Source of the DNA: Asterias rubens | Taxonomy: Eukaryota | Reading direction: 5' to 3' | DNA length: 64,000 nt | Assembly: GCF_902459465.1 (NCBI RefSeq) | Contig: NC_047079.1 | Location: 4,216,001 to 4,280,000 of the forward strand | Shown here: one piece after another, positions 63,099 through 64,000 of the stretch | How the letters are laid out: the number at the start of each line of letters is the position of its first letter | Numbering within the stretch: the first letter of the stretch is position 1 | Position numbers and translations under genes: made by a program | Notes under the pieces: generated by a model | The model's input: only the letters and a program-made list of their open reading frames with translations | Databases searched by the model: none | What the model was told of the DNA's origin: nothing

Positions 63099-64000
63099 AG
63101 GTGATGATACAATTAGGCCTTTGTGGCCAACGTTTCTTTGCCATAAAAACACTATTCTCAATCAACTTCAAGTGGTGCTGCTTTCTGTAGTTGATGTTCA
63201 CTCATTATCACTTTTTACAGTTTTAAAAGTTGTGCACAATATTAATTAGATCGGTGGTTATGGTTTTTTTAATAGATGTAAAAGGAACACAGTGATAGAT
63301 AATTCAAAAAGTAAAATGTAAAGATCCTCAAAATTGCACGGTTTTCCTTTTACGTCGGTCATCTTGTGGAGTCAAAATTTTGACTCCATAAAATGGCCGA
63401 CTGTGTTAGTTCGCGACGTTAAAAGAAAACCGTGCAATTTCGAGTGATACTTGTGTGTATCATTATATTCTACTTTTAAAATATCTTCCTAACCATTTGC
63501 ATCTCATAAAAAAAATGGTTTCAAATGCCTTTCAAAGACCAACTCGTCCGATCTTAGGTAACGTGATTTGGAGATATAAATCTTCACAAATTAACACATA
63601 AGTTGCATGGTATAAGATGGTCAGAGTGGAGAATTTCCCTTGAAATATATTTTTGCCTGAAGTGCTGCAGTTTTTAAGACACAAGTTAAACTTGTTTGTG
63701 ATGTTAATTTACAGTAGCGCCCTCTTCTGACAGAAATTGTCCAGTCTCTATGGTTATGAAAAATGTAAAACTTTTGAAGTTATTTCTTTAAAATTGTCCT
63801 TTTATCACAAAAAAATATGTTTTTGCCAAATTATGTTGAACAATCTAGAAAACTGAGCCCAAATTACTGGTTTTTTTTCTTTTTTGTCTCTTCTATTTAC
63901 ATGCGGGGAAGTTACAAATAAGTCTGAAGTCAATTTTAAACCAGTTTAAACTTTAACCCAATGACTTTGAGTGTTTGGGAAGTTTTTGCATGTAACTAAA

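Overview
AT-rich eukaryotic (metazoan) genomic DNA with spliceosomal GT-AG introns. The gene and repeat content suggests an invertebrate deuterostome, probably a sea star (inference). I assembled gene models by hand from splice phases. In order, the window holds: two paralogous 4-exon OAS (2'-5'-oligoadenylate-synthetase-like) nucleotidyltransferase genes on the minus strand, each facing a copy of the first exon and promoter of a beta-lactamase-fold serine hydrolase; three complete 7-exon beta-lactamase-domain hydrolase genes in tandem on the plus strand; a 27-exon FHAD1 on the minus strand; and a head-to-head 6-exon PARK7/DJ-1. The non-coding DNA is full of TTAA-target (Kolobok-like) and CWG-target (Harbinger-like) MITEs. 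It also contains a young but rearranged L2 LINE, a 5'-truncated RTE with a target-site duplication (TSD), SINE fragments, minisatellites, and Penelope-type hammerhead ribozyme motifs, one of which has an intact core. The most interesting signals are the duplicated divergent OAS/hydrolase cassette (an orphan first exon could place OAS-B antisense inside a hydrolase intron), a sharp conversion or crossover boundary inside OAS exon 1, a 76-bp hairpin in an OAS intron, the intact minimal hammerhead, and mosaic divergence between hydrolase paralogs. All counts are manual; no database searches were run.
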